Below, one piece after another: positions 34,101 through 48,590 of a stretch of 64,000 nucleotides of DNA. The notes under the pieces were generated by a model that was not told where the DNA came from, searched no databases, and saw nothing but the letters and a program-made list of their open reading frames with translations. The stretch is from Eledone cirrhosa. Its lineage: Eukaryota. The position numbers and the translations under genes were made by a program. Where the stretch lies: contig OZ024742.1 of the NCBI GenBank assembly GCA_964016885.1, positions 297,600,001 to 297,664,000 on the forward strand, read 5' to 3'. Position 1 is the first letter of the stretch, and each line of letters starts with the position of its first letter.

Positions 34101-37100
34101 TTGATGATAGTAGATAAGGGTGGTTTTCCAAAACAAAGACTTTTTTTTCAAATATAAGCTATTATTATTTCGTGTTGTTGTAGAAAATTTTACCAATATT
34201 TATATTCTTTTACTTGTTTATGTTTTCTTTGTTCTACATTTGTTGCTCTTGTTATAAAATTATCTCCTAGCATAGTATATATATTTCTTTAGACAAATGT
34301 ATCTCAATGTCTATATTCTCATATGGTTCTTTATTTTTAACTTGTTTTGCTTGGGTTTTAATCAATCATGTCAATCAAAGCATAATATCTGGTATTTATT
34401 TCATTGTTTTAGTAAAATACAATGAACAAAGTAAATATTGTCAGTCATAATGGGAGATAACTCAATCATGAGTTAATAACAGCATATTTATTTATCAACT
34501 TATTTATTTACTAATTATTTGTTTATTTATTTATTTTAATATTTAAATGTACTTATTTTCAGCTCATGCTATATTCGATAGGCTTCTGCACAGTTTATAT
34601 CTACCAAATTCACCATACAAAATATGTATCAACCCGAGGAGGTTGGTTTTTAACATCATAGTCAGGGAGGAATGGAAAGCACTCATGATCCTTTTTTCTT
34701 TTTTGCAAGACTTTCTAGGCAGAGTTGGGGGAAGTTATCCCCAAATCAGAGACCATGTGAACTTGAAAATAAATTGCACTAAAGTCACCCAAGGGCCATG
34801 GAGTGTTTTTAACTGGGTTATGAACACTTGCTCAAACTGCAGCATGGTGAGAATCAACCCAGACCCATATAGTTGTGAGACAAACTCCTTAAATCTACAG
34901 CCATGCCTGTATCCATGAGTATACATTTTTTATTTCAAATCTTAATGAACCCATGTTTATCTTCAAAAGACAACAAATTGACAGAGTTACAGGAATGTCA
35001 AATAAAATGTTTTACAGTATTTGTCGCAGCTCTCTGGACAACTTTGCCATTCATCCTTTGAATTTGATAAATAATGCACTTGTCCTGTCCAGTACTGGAG
35101 GCGATTCTTACTCTATCTCCCCATTTCCTTCTTTTTACATGTGCTCTCCCTGTTTCTCATGAAAAATCATCTGTGGTAGATAGGATTGACTCTGCCAGGT
35201 TTAGCCCTTTAGCATTTACAATACTCTATATTTTCTATTGTATTTTCACATAATTATTTCACATAATATCGAATCTATGAGATTTTGATGTTATTTAACA
35301 TCAGTATGAGCAGCCAGTTACAGCCAGTTTGAACAGAAAGAGGTGAGAAAATTCTGGCCGGATATGGCTGGTTTAGAAGATGTGCCTACATGTCCATCAG
35401 GACTTAGGGTCATGGATTGTTTTAGTTCAAGAGTCAAAAATTAATTCTGCCATTGAAAAAGAAAAAACTATCTTTGGAAATTTACTGATTACCACAGGCA
35501 TCTTATGTTAAATTTACCTCAAAGGTTTCACCAACATAAATATTTTCATTATTTTCTGTCTAATAATATATAATAATGAAATTATTGTGTACAGTGCTCA
35601 GGTGCACAACAACTCATCAAAGGTACGTGTATAGTAAGATTCTAGTCACTCTTTTAGAATTCATCAGAGAGAGAAGGAAACAGAGCTATTCCTACATAGT
35701 CATTGATTCAATAAATGAAAATATGTTCACTCTAGTTTAAATTATGGTTCTCTCTGTTTTAAACAGAAACATTTACAATTATCTATTTAAACCATATTTT
35801 CACAAAATTATTTATAAGTTTGTAAAGTTATAATTTTAATTGTACTTGCTGGGTCTCTCAATGTTTAAGCATGTATTGTGGAGCTTTCAAAGATAGCTTA
35901 TTGAATCTACATCATGGTAACAATTACTTGTAACAATGGATGCAGATGTTATATATGTCAGCTATCAAATATAATCACTGAAAATGTATTCATTAAATCA
36001 CATTAATACTATGTTTTATAACAACATTTTCAATTTATATCTTTTGCTTTTTATTGAATTGGATTGAAAAATGTATTATTCTAATTAAACTTCTATGATT
36101 TCAATATATTATAAACACAAGGGGGTTATAATATCGACAAAATAAAATGGTACTCGTACATATATGCTGATTGGAGACAATGTCTTACCTGTCAGAATAT
36201 TGTTTTTTTTTAATAATATCATATCTATTCAATATCAAGGATTGTATTCAATATATTGTATATCCTTGATTATGTAAAGGAAATATGGATTAACATTGTT
36301 TCAGAAAATCCAGTACAATTCAAGTTAGAAATAAAGGAATGAAAATATAAGTAAACTAAGAGAAAACAAAACAACAGTTTATACTTTTACCTAATATTTC
36401 ATATTTTGGGGTTATGACTCAATTTTCAAAAATAAAAAAAAAGGAGTGTGATGATAGTAGTGAGCTGCACAGATATTAGATTGACAGTATTGTGACATGC
36501 ACAGACTGGTATAGTCATTATAGCCAATCAGCTCCAAGAAATTTGCATCTATTGTTAATGGAAGATCTTGATAAATTAATCTTGATAAAGATTACATCAT
36601 TGATTCTTAAATATTGATTTTTTTTCTTTCTGGTTAAGAAAATAAATTAGATTTTAAAAGTGTGTTGGCACATTCATGTGTTTTTTTGTTTTTGCTTTTT
36701 GTGTGTGTTATTTTCTCCCCATCAGCATAGGTTGGATGGGACTTACTAAGGCAATAATTTATGACTAGGTGTTCTTCCTGACACCAACACTTTTAATTAT
36801 ATCTTTCAAAATAGAGAGATACAGTGCAGTTATTTATTTTTTAAATGAGACACATGAGTTTAGAAATCATTTACAATTTTCTTACATTTGTACAATTAAT
36901 TCTTTGGCTGAAAAAGTGATTTCAATAATTTTGTCAAATATGCTAAAATTGTTGGATATTTTGATTGGTGAGGGCTATGTCAGCCTTGACCTCGAAGACA
37001 TTTTATCTGACTTACTGAACAATTTGTTTATCCAAACTATTATGTGGTTATTAAATAAGGGAAACCTGCTGCAAAATTATTACAATTTCTTAGCTTTTAA

Positions 37101-38451
37101 TATCTTGTAATGATTTAGGAAAAAATATCTGAAAACAGTTTTGTTGATTCAAATTTATCTTTACTACTGGACATAGAGTTGTAAGAATTTGTTAATATTC
37201 AAATTTGATTAACCTTCCAAATTATAATGGAATCTTTAAAAGAAACTATTAAAAAGTTTCATATAGTGTTTTGCATGATCAGCATTTAATGTTCTTTGCA
37301 GAAAAGGAACAAACTAATTATGTTATTATTGTACAAATTATCTTTGAATTAATATCTTCATTATCATCATTTTTACGTTCTCTTTCCTATGCTGATATAT
37401 GTTGGGTGAGTATTTTGGGGAGCAGTATTTTACAGCTAGGTGTTCTTCTTGATGCTAACCACTTTAGTCACCTTATATAACCTGCAAGGAAACCAGAATA
37501 CACATGATGTATATGTGCTTGAAAGTATTTGTTTACAACAATATCAATATGTGAGAGTCAAATCTGGTTATGTCAGTTGACTGCCAGCCAAATGGACAGT
37601 GGTTTATATACTTTCACTATCTATAACAAACATACTCAACTTTCAACAGTCCAATCCATCAATATATAAGTAGGTACTGTGATAAGGTACAGAACCCTGC
37701 TGTAAGGAGTGGGAACATTGTTAAGCTATTTTGAAGGACAGATGTGCTTCGTTCAATTTCTTCCATTGCTACGAGATTTAACTTCTTGTCTTGCCTTCCT
37801 GCATCTTACAATTCATAATAGGATTCATTACAATCTTCATATGAATATATGATACCTGCTTTGGTACATTGAGGATGATATAAAGAATAAGAAACTTTTC
37901 ATAACTGTGAAGAATATAATAGTTTATTACAGTTACATTCTACAGGAATATCTTGTATCTTATGGGAAATTGAGGAAATAAATTATTCTTTGCAACCCAT
38001 CTCAAGAAAGTATGAAGAAACTAAATAGAAAAAAACAAACACAGTAAGTTGATGTTTTGATGTATTATCTAATGCATGTTAGCAGAGATAAAAGTGCATA
38101 AAAACCAATGAATGATTGTGTTGTTTTGAAATATTTACACAAAAGATGTTTTTAAATATATATTTTTCTGTATTTACTGAACACCTTTCTTTTGCATCTT
38201 GCATGCAATATTTAATTCATACTGCCTTTATTTGATCTAGTATTGAATTCATAATTCTAGGAAGATGTATGAGGAAATATCATTCATTGTGCAAGGAAAT
38301 AACCATGCAATTCAAACAAAAGCTACTGCTATTGTATCAATCCATATCTTTATACATGTTGTTCATACACTTACATTGTTCATAATCTTACATTTACTTT
38401 ATCATATCTAGTTTATTTCTGCCTTACTTTTATATTTTTCAATTTTTTTAA

Positions 38452-38700
38452 CCCTTCCATTATCATATTTCTAATGAAAGACACTGCCTAATTTTTTTTA
38501 ATTCTTTTGAGAATAATCAAGAATTTGGTGGGATTTAGTAAAATAAACAACTTTTTCATTATTAAGATGGTATTTGGAGCATAACATAACAAAGGTTCTT
38601 ATATAAAATTATGATGGAATGATTTTAGATGAATATAAACACTTCTAAACAAACAGCTTTGTATCGTAGAAGCAGTTTCAGCTGGTTTGTTTCAAAAGGG
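38452..38700 (-). mobile_element. piggyBac-like MITE (about 250 bp)
   Basis: TTAA|CCCTT...AAGGG|TTAA; inverted homolog of 45924-46183. Confidence 0.75.
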
Positions 38701-39329
38701 TTAAAACATTTCTCAACAATTTCATTACCAACCTTCAGCCATATATCTAAGCATTTATTGCTTATATGATACTTGCTTTGTTTTTTAAAGGATGAAATAA
38801 AGAATAAGAAAATGCATTAGACTTTTTGCAGCTGTGCGTAAAATTATGGTTTATCACAGTTTCATTCTGTAAAATATGTTGTGTCTTATGGGAAATTGAG
38901 GGGGAAAAAATACAGATAGAAAAATAAACAATGGCCAGGAAAGCCAATGTTCTTGATGTACATGATTACCAGCATGAGATTTAATACATACATGTTTACT
39001 TACCTATTTACATATATACAGACTACATATACATTTACATACATACACACACGTACCTATATCATATATATGCTTACATGCACATATGTCTATACATGAC
39101 TAATATTTTGTGAGTGAAATTTAGATAAATGGAAACTTGTCTTATATATATGTGTGTGTATGTTTGTGTGTGTCTGTGCAATGACTGTCAACACACAATC
39201 AATTATGACCACCTACATCTATACATAGATGATAAACCAGCTCCTCTCGTATGTTTGTGTACATGCTTGTTTAAATCATAGAAAAACGACAGTTAGAAAG
39301 TAAAACAGTGACCAGGAAAGACAATCCCT

Positions 39330-40670
39330 AATTTCTCTGTCAAATGCCTCTTTATATCAACAAGAACTAGATAGTCTTATTCTTAGTTAGGAACCTCTCT
39401 TGTAGTTGTCTCATTAGGAAGAGAGCATCTGTAGTATGTCTCCCTAGTACAAAACCAAACTGCATCTTGTCTAATTTGACTCTCTCCCCCAATTAGTTGT
39501 GCTAGTACTCTTACCATCACTTTCATAACACAGTCCATTAGTTTTACAGTTCTGTAGCTGCTCGTTATCGTTTCCCTTGGAGCAATTAATATGTATACTG
39601 CCATGTCTGTCTTGAATTTTACCATTCTTCATCTCATTGATTGCCTCTTTGACCCTATAACTGTCAATTTTGGGAGCTAACCCTCTGTTGGGTCACTTGT
39701 GGCAGTATCTCTTCTTCCCATTAATTCTCCTCATTCATCAGACTCTCATACTATTTTCAGCCTCTTTCTTTTGAGCATTGGTGATACTTAATGCAGTTCT
39801 GTCATTTCCAACACTCTTTTCCCCGAGGACAACCTGAATCCTACTGACACACTGTTTTGTGATGCAGAACACCTTACATTGCATGACAATAGCAAACCTC
39901 CTTTTTCAACCACTTTATGTGTTATGTATTATTGTTGTTTAGCTTATCTTTTAGCTAGCTCATACTTGTCTCTGCTGCCCTCATTTTTCCAGTTTTCTGA
40001 TGTTTGTCTCTTGGCCTTAATGGCTCTGTCAACAGTGCTCTTCTACCACCAAGTTATTTCTGTCTTGCTGGTGCTTTCCTTCAGCCACAAGTCTCGTTAG
40101 TACTTTGCAGTTAGTTGTCATGTAAAATTTCTAATTTTCCACTATATCATATGTATATAACTTGTCTCTCCTCTCATCATATGCATCTGAAAGAGCCTTC
40201 CTAAGCCTATATTTAACAGAAAGGTCATTTAGCTTCCATATACCCCTTGTTCATATTATCCTGTGTATCTTGTTCTTGCTAATGCTTATTCTAATGTCAC
40301 TAATAACTAACTTATGTTAAGCAGTGCATTCTACTCTGTGGAAAGTCTTAACATTTATAACCATCTGTCTATCTCATTTTGTGACACATCTGAGCTTGAT
40401 AATTCTGTTGCTTACTCTAATTACTTCAAACACTTTATCTATTCACTTTTCGGCTAGTAGAATGTCTACCCCATCTACCCCATCGCCATTTCCTACCCAG
40501 AAAAGCTTGTATTTATGTTATTTGTCTGTGAGTATTCTTGCTGTGACATCTTTCCTTCTTACCTCTTGTACATAGCATACATTCACTCGTCTCCTCTGAA
40601 GCAACACTACAATTTCCCCTGATCTACCTTTCAAGGTGCTCACATTAAAAGTTGCAGCTCTGGGGTGTGT
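39330..40670 (-). pseudogene. Decayed RTE LINE (APE and start of RT), same clade as 15569-18982
   Basis: Minus strand AATFNVSTLKGRSGEIV, KLFWVGNGDGVDGV, SYRTVKLMDCVMKVMVRVLAQLI. Confidence 0.8.
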
Positions 40671-41769
40671 TACTTGACAGTTATTAGCACCTTGAGTACT
40701 AGTTCATTATATCTGGAAGAATGGTACTCTCCACTCTGTATCAGTTTATATTCAAAATGGCTGCTCTCCTAGACTAGTTAAAATATTTTACCTCACATCT
40801 ACACATGTGTATGTGTGCATGTGTGTGCCTGCTTGTTTTTATGTATATCTTTCTGTTCACACCACTTAATCAATCAACATTAACTGTTTGTGTTCTGTAT
40901 AAACAATGTCTCACAGCTTAGCAATATGACAGATGAAGATCAGTAGAATATGTACCACACTTAAAATATGTAATATTACCCTTAAAAAACATCTCTTCCA
41001 ACCCATGCTAACATGGAAATGTAGATGTAAAAAGGATGATGATGACAATCATGATGATTACAATAATGATGATGATTTAAAGACAAATCAAAGACATGTT
41101 GCATGTATTGCTATAAAATTTCAGTCAATGAACTATTTAGTGTGCATCCAGAATTATATCATACATTAACTCATTTAGTATGAGATACATTAATAAAATG
41201 AATACATTTGTTGTTATTATTATTTTTATATCTCACCTCATTTCTACTTGCTGTAATTACCAAATATTTAGATTGATGGCACTTACAGCAGCCAAAATGA
41301 CTTCACTTTGCTTTTAAAGTAATCAACAAAAGGAATTCACTGAAGTTCAGATTTTTCTTTTAAACAAAAACCTATGTGGTTTGATAATTAACCACCATTA
41401 GACAAAAATTATCATTATATTCATAAGGAATGAAATACCATTTATCAAATCTAATGTCATTGAAGATGGTGAATCTTGTTTTTTTATTTAATATTTAAAC
41501 TTTTCAATATTTATTGTGTTCACTTTTGTAATTTCTTGGTAAAGTAACCATACAAGTTTATGTTTATCAACAAAATATCTCAAACCAAATGCTACTTTTT
41601 TGTTTTACAGACTGTAATGTATAGAAACTAAAAAAGTATTGTTTTAATTTTTTCCAAACAGTATAACATATATATATTTTTTTTCTTATTTTAACAAGCC
41701 TTCCAAATCATTTGCATTTATCTCCATCATCAAATACACATATGTACCGAAATTAGAGAATATTGCAAT

Positions 41770-42200
41770 GATGTATAATAGGCGATGAGACATGGGTAAT
41801 AAAGCAGAGGATATATGAAGGTTGGAAAGAAATGAATCAATCATGCTCCATTGGATATATGATATTAGTGTGAATGAATATTGAAACTCAGATAAGCTGA
41901 GAGAAAAACTGGACATAAGAGGAATCAGATGTAGTGTGCAAGAGAAAATATTGCACTGATACAGACACGTAATGTGTATGAATAATGATTGTTGAGTGAA
42001 GAAGTGCCAGGATTTCAAAGTGGAAGGAAGCCAAAGAAAATGAAGAACAAGAAATATGTGTACAGAGGTGGTGAAAGACAATCTGAAGAAAACAAAAGAG
42101 ATTACAAAGGGAAGAATTAAGTGGAGAGATGCAGTATTGAAGATTACTTATCCAATCCTTCTGAGCTACGAAAAACATACATATAAACAATGATGATTAT
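41770..42200 (+). pseudogene. RTE 3' fragment
   Basis: AEDI*RLERNES.ML.WI...DKLREKLDIRGIRC matches 18215-18350. Confidence 0.75.
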
Positions 42201-45200
42201 GACAACGTAGATGTAATTCTCCCTTTCTGAATGATATATGAAATTATAGCTTTCACCTGATCGTTCTTTATATGAATTTGACTGAGAACAGTTCCTGAGT
42301 TTCATAACTGGCTTCTTGTCAATGGTGATATCAAACTCTAGAAGCAAGGCAAACTGCTTATTAGGAAATGTAGATACTCAAAATTACTTGATATGCTTTG
42401 TTTTACTTTTACTGTTTATTCAAGGAAGGAAATCAGTGCGCATGAACATTTACAGGACCAATGGAACTAATGGGAGATAGAGAGGAAGTTATCCTCAAGC
42501 TGGAGACTTGACCCAGTGCTTGCAACAATGGACTTCACTAAAGGCACTCACAGAACAAGAGGTGCACTCTATCCCAACTCAACCACTGGAGATTACACCA
42601 TTAAATGCCAGGTAGACCTACGAAAATTCCAAGCATTGTGAAATATTTTCTTTTTATTGAACAGAATTTGTTACATGTAAAGGTTTTCATAAGACTGATG
42701 TTGGGGACCAGAATATTTGATTTAATTAGAATCAAAAGAATCTCTCCAAAATAAGCAGGAATTTGGAGCGATTTAATAAAATAAGTTTCTCATTATTAAG
42801 ATAGTGTTTGGAACATAGCTTAACAAAGGTTCATACATAAAATTATGATGGAAGGTTTTGGATGAATATAAATGCCTTAAAATATACAATTTACCATCAT
42901 AGAACCAGACGTGGTTTCAGGCAATTTGGTGGCAAAGGGGTTAAAACAAATCACCTGATTTCAAAAATCTATAGTTTCCATTTCTTTGCATTCCCCAAAA
43001 TATTCATATTTAAAACCATGGAGAAGTTTCATGCACCACCCACTTACCCAGGGAATTTTTCTTCTTTACAGTTGAATTTTGGTCAAACCTTCTTTCTATT
43101 CATCATCTAATATACACAAACCTGACATGTTTCTCTTTTATTGTCCTGGCCTCATTCAGCATTTCATTTTCACTCTCAAGTATCATGTTTGTACTTAGAA
43201 TTCAACATTATCATATTACATCAGCTTTCCATGCTAGTATGAGTTGAAGGGGTAATTATGGTCTGAGATGAGATGGGGTTGGGAACCATGTCATGCTCAT
43301 GAATTCCAAATGTTTACATGATTAAATATGTTAATATTAACTTGATTACATATGGTACCACTTTTAAGATTTAACTTTTCATATGCAGATATCACTAAAA
43401 CAGAATCTAGACATTTTATGGTAGAAATACAATCGAAACATGACAATCTTTTGTGGTCATATTTTTAATGAAATCCATAGTATTTAAATTAATTAATAAA
43501 GAATTTTAATGGATTCACTAAAATTATTAAACATTTTATTAAGAATGCATGTGTAACATAACCTCACAAAAGGTTCTTATATCAAGTTATGATTTTTATT
43601 TAAATATGACCCCTTTAAAAGTGAGTGGTTATATATGGACATTAAACAGTGATGATGATGATGATGATGAGAACCAGAGACAATTTTAGGTAGGCTGGAT
43701 CAAAAGGGTTAAAGGTACAATGAAATTTACTACAAATATCAAGAGATCAGTCTTACTCACACTTTGTTGACATAATAAACAAACAACTAGTCCCATATTG
43801 TCACTACTAACCATAGGTGTTACAATCTCTGATGATGATATGATATGATGGCACCACAGAACTATATTTTTGCTTCAGGGCAAGAAACTACTTAATTCGT
43901 TATCAGTTGCTGACACCCCTGTGAGAGAACAATACAAGAAAAGAATCTTGAAGAAAGCATTTCTTTCTACATATGTCTGCTCTAGCATTTTATATATATT
44001 TCTCAGATTAACTTGAGAATTATGTTGATATCTGTAAAACAATCTCTACATCACAAGATTAAAACATTATTCTCTATAATATGGCTTTACTTTCAGGGAA
44101 AAAACACATCTTTCCTAAGTCATAGAAATACAAAAATTCATATTTTGCTCTAATTTTAGCTGTACATTATATAAGTTGGTTATGTTTTTTATCACCCAGT
44201 AGTGCAGAACAAAATCATTTTAACAACTAAAGAACCCGATTGAAAGAAAAATCTATTCCAGCATAAAAATATATGCATTATCAGAAAATACATTTTTATA
44301 AGAGAATGCAAAATGAAATGTATTTAATAAAAATATTTACGAGGATAGAGGTTTCTAAAACAGTGAGAAAAACAATCTTAAGGAAAGTATTAGAAAAAAT
44401 AAATATATAAATATAAATTTCATGCCAAAAGTGTTGCAAGAATTTGTTAAAAAGATAGTTGGATGATGAAAGTTGTCATAAAAATATTTTCTTCTCTAAA
44501 AATAAAAATTCTATATGGGAAACTTTGATTTAATTTTCTTTATTTTCTATATTCTTCTCTTGCACTGCAGTAAATATACTTTATCTAAAAGTTATCAAAG
44601 TCTTTACAGTCTTTCTGGTAATTTTTTACCTATTTAAGTCGAAATGAATTAATGTTTAATGAAGTGTACGGCTTGGTTATTTTTAAATTTCTGGATTTAA
44701 TGCAAGGAAAACTTCCAATTTATACTGGGAATGAGAAGGATCTGTGATTTTCCATAGAAATCAAGTTCACACATTGCTTACACGACTAGTTCAGTTTACA
44801 GCTAGCTATTAGTTTTAGCTATCTATAATGTGACTTTTACTCATTTTAGTTTTGTGTTGGCTGTAATTTCTGTTTTAGAGTTTACTATCTTTTGTATACT
44901 TTCTGATGACAGTGAGTTGGTGGGGTTGTTAAAGTATCAGAATAAATGTCCTTGGTGTTTGTTTTGAGCTCAAATCTTTCCATGGTCAACTTTGCCTTGA
45001 ATCCTTTTGGGTTTGATAAACAATGTACCAGTTCAGGAACATCACATTGATAATCTGGGATGTGGTTTGAAGGAATTGAGAGTGCATCAAATGTGATGTA
45101 TTTCTGTATCTCAGCTTTCTATGTTCTGAGTTCACCTTGACTATCATTAGTGTCAAGCTGTATTGAAACTTACTTGCCTTTCTTTGGACAACATTAGTGA

Positions 45201-45923
45201 CATGGATAGGGGAGATTGCATGCATATGGACAGCTGCTGGTCTTCAACAAAAGGCCTTGTGCAGGTTTACACCTTCAAGATGAAGTTTCGAGGTACAGAT
45301 TCATGGTACAGATGAAAGGAAACAGTGTATCGGTTAATATGCAGTTGGGAAGGGGCTCACAATATGGCTGATGAGAAGATGAGAGTCACATGAGTTGGAC
45401 GAGATAGTGCACAATGCCTCCAAAATCTATATTTTCAAAGTCTTTCATTAAAACTGATAATGAAAGGGTTAAAGTATTTACGTCCACTTGTCTATGCTTG
45501 TGTGCATGTGTTTTATTTTAAGATGTTTATATGCTTCTAATTTCAATGAGTAATTTGCAATTATGTAGCTATTTTCAACAAAATTGATTAAAACATGTAT
45601 GTTGTCAAAGGCTGTATAGTTCAATGCTTGCCTACAATCGGCATGTGTATATATGAATGTATTACATGAGTTGAATGACTGGAATGTTGGTTTAGGTCAG
45701 AGGTTCACCTTAACTAGATGCTAGTGTTCTATATCTGTATCCCAAGAAATGGTAAACTAAAATATAAATGAAAAAATGTCAATACTAATGCAAACACAAA
45801 ATCGATAAAAATAGTTTTAAAGTTTATTTTAATAATAGATTAGTCACTCAAATTAGACACCCTTGAGTTTGTAACCAAGATAAGTGAATGAGAAGCTCTG
45901 AGAAAATATCAGTTATACATTAA

Positions 45924-46183
45924 CCCTTTGAAACCAAAATGCCTGTAACTACCTCTGATTCTATGATACAAAACTATTTGTTTTGAAGTAATCCTTTTAA
46001 TCTAAAAAGAAAATGTCATCATAACTTTATATAAAAAACGTTGTTAGGTTATATTCCAAACACAAGTTTAAGAATGAGAAGATTAATTGTATTATGTAAT
46101 CCCTCCACATTCTTTAATATCTTCAAAATGAGTTAAAAGGTATGAGCGACAGTGTCTATTGTTAGAAATATGGTATCGAAGGG
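45924..46183 (+). mobile_element. piggyBac-like MITE (about 260 bp)
   Basis: TTAA|CCCTTTG...GAAGGG|TTAA; more decayed relatives near 20540-20700, 42740-42944, 46645-46860 and 60250-60485. Confidence 0.75.
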
Positions 46184-48299
46184 TTAAACAAGAATTTTAT
46201 GTGATATTTCAGCATCATTATCGGTTTCACATTTGCTTTTCCATGCAAGCTGGGGTTGGACAGAACGTTTTGAAGTAGTGCTTTTTGCCTGGGTTTCCTT
46301 TCTGATGCCAATTTTTCTAGTTCCATATTCCAATTCACATAAGTATGGTGTAACTATTCTGCAAATGCAGATACACATAAATAGTTTAGCATTAGATCAA
46401 AATATTTTTTTATTGATAAAAAGAATGTTTCCATATTTATCAACATTCGTGTTGCTGCAAAAAGTAAAACAGATTTTATTGCTTACCTGTTTTAAAATAC
46501 ACCAAGGGGCATCATGAGAAAACTATTTGTAATGAGAGTAATGAGGATGTTTTATAATGATATTGCTATTACCATCTTTATTGGAATTGATGAGTTTGTA
46601 TTCTGCTTATTTTCCTGACACAATGTTTTATATTGAAATATTTAACTCTTTTACTACCAAGCCACCCAGTTTTATAATAGAAAGCTATTTGTTTTTAATG
46701 CTTAAATCTTCTATTATAATTTTATGTAAGAAGCTTTGTTATGTTCCAAACACCAGCTTAATAATGAGCAAGTTAGTTATATAATCAAATTCTTCATTAT
46801 TTTATAAATTAGTTGAAAATTATTATCAGTACCTTTCATGAGAAATATAGTAAAGAAAAGCCAATTTGGTGTATATTCAATAAAGTAATTTCCATGACAA
46901 TCAAATAACATTATTATTACTAACCGCTTTATTTTTCTGCAAAGCTAGATTCTTTTCAATAGAGGTTTTCACTTTATGTAGAATTCTATTTTGATTACTG
47001 TTTATTAAACTTTTTTTGTATATTCTTCTTTGCTAAACACTTAACTCTTGAGGTTATACACTGCATGAATATAAAAATGCTGCTAAATTTTAGTTTTAAC
47101 CATAATAATAAATCCTTCAAAATAATTAGGAGTCTGAAGAATAACATATATGATCCACTAAGCAAAACAAAGAAAATGATTTACTATATAGCAGCCAAGA
47201 TTTTCTATCTTCTCTATATCTTCATTTTTTTATGAAAATGGCAAAATGTATTTTGGGAAGGTAATATTGCCAATTATTGACAGTTTTCACTGCTTGAGTT
47301 TTCCCTCAGATACTTGATCAATTTATTTATTAATTGTCAAAGTCCTTTCATCACAAACTGTGTCCTTATCAACAACTATTGCCCTCTGTGTCCCTAATTC
47401 ATCCACACTTTCTCTCTATCTTTTTTGTATATCTGCCTTCTTTTAGATTAATAAAAGCAGTTGAAATTTCCTGTTATTATCAGAACAACTAATATTTTAA
47501 TATAGACAGAAATTCATAGTGTCTCTGGTTTACAAAGAACATGTGCTTCATTTGAAAAAAATCTTATTTGGATACATGAGACATTTAGCTTTGAATCTTG
47601 AAAGAAATATTACTTTAAATAGGATTCCTTTGTCTTGCTAAGTATATGACTGGCTTTATAATGTTGGTGATACAATAAAATGCACCCAGTACATTCAATA
47701 AAGTATTTGTGCCAGTGAAACAATAAAATGTGTTAATACTGATACAATAATATAATGCACCAAGTACACTTGATAAATTGTTTAGTGTTAGGAAGAATAT
47801 CCAGACGTAGAAACCATATCAATATATGGAATGTTTAAGCAAGATATGTTTATCTGATTAGTCTGTCCAAATGAAGCCAGTATGGAAACATATGTAACAT
47901 AGTAATGATAATGGATTTATTATTATTATTATTTATTTTTGCATGGCCCTGTAACTCCTGATTGAGTCATAGTGACACTTTATTGATGCAGGGTGTTTCT
48001 TGGACATTTTAAGCCTGGTGGGGCCCATCCCTCTCCAGGTCTGAATACAACAGATTACTTCCAGAGAAAGATAGAAAGCATAAGAGAGGAAGTGAGAAAG
48101 TTATATAGGGGAAGAATCGACCCCAGTACTAGACTGGTACATTTTTATCGACTGCAATAGGATGAAAGGCAAAGTTGACCTCAGTGGGATTGGAATTTAG
48201 AAAGCAGAGAACCAGAATGAATAACACATAGCACACTATCCAACGTTCTAATGACTATGTAAACAAAACAAAAACTACTGTTATTAGTATACCATATAA

Positions 48300-48590
48300 G
48301 GGTTGTGGGTCAGCAGAGTCATTAGAGCATCAGAGAAATGCTTAGTAATTTTTGTTTTGGCTCTTTACATTCTGAGTTAAAATCCCACTGAGGTTAATTT
48401 ACCATTCAAGCCTTTGAGGTCAATAAAATAAAGTACCAGTAATGCACAGGGGTCGGTATAATTGACCTTGTTCAAATATTAGAAATCATTATTCTTGCCT
48501 TTCATCCTTATGGGGTCGATAAAATAAATTACCAGTAATGTACTAGGTAACTGCTAGCCTTGTGCCGAAAGTAGAAACAATTATTATTAC
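48300..48590 (+). mobile_element. Tandem SINE family A copies
   Basis: B-box-like gagttaaaatccc and two copies of the core. Confidence 0.7.

Noticed and set aside
42425-42611. Exon-like segment (pyrimidine tract-CAAG ... CAG/GTAGAC)
   Set aside because: Stops in all three frames and no recognisable protein; could be a non-coding or UTR exon but needs RNA-seq.
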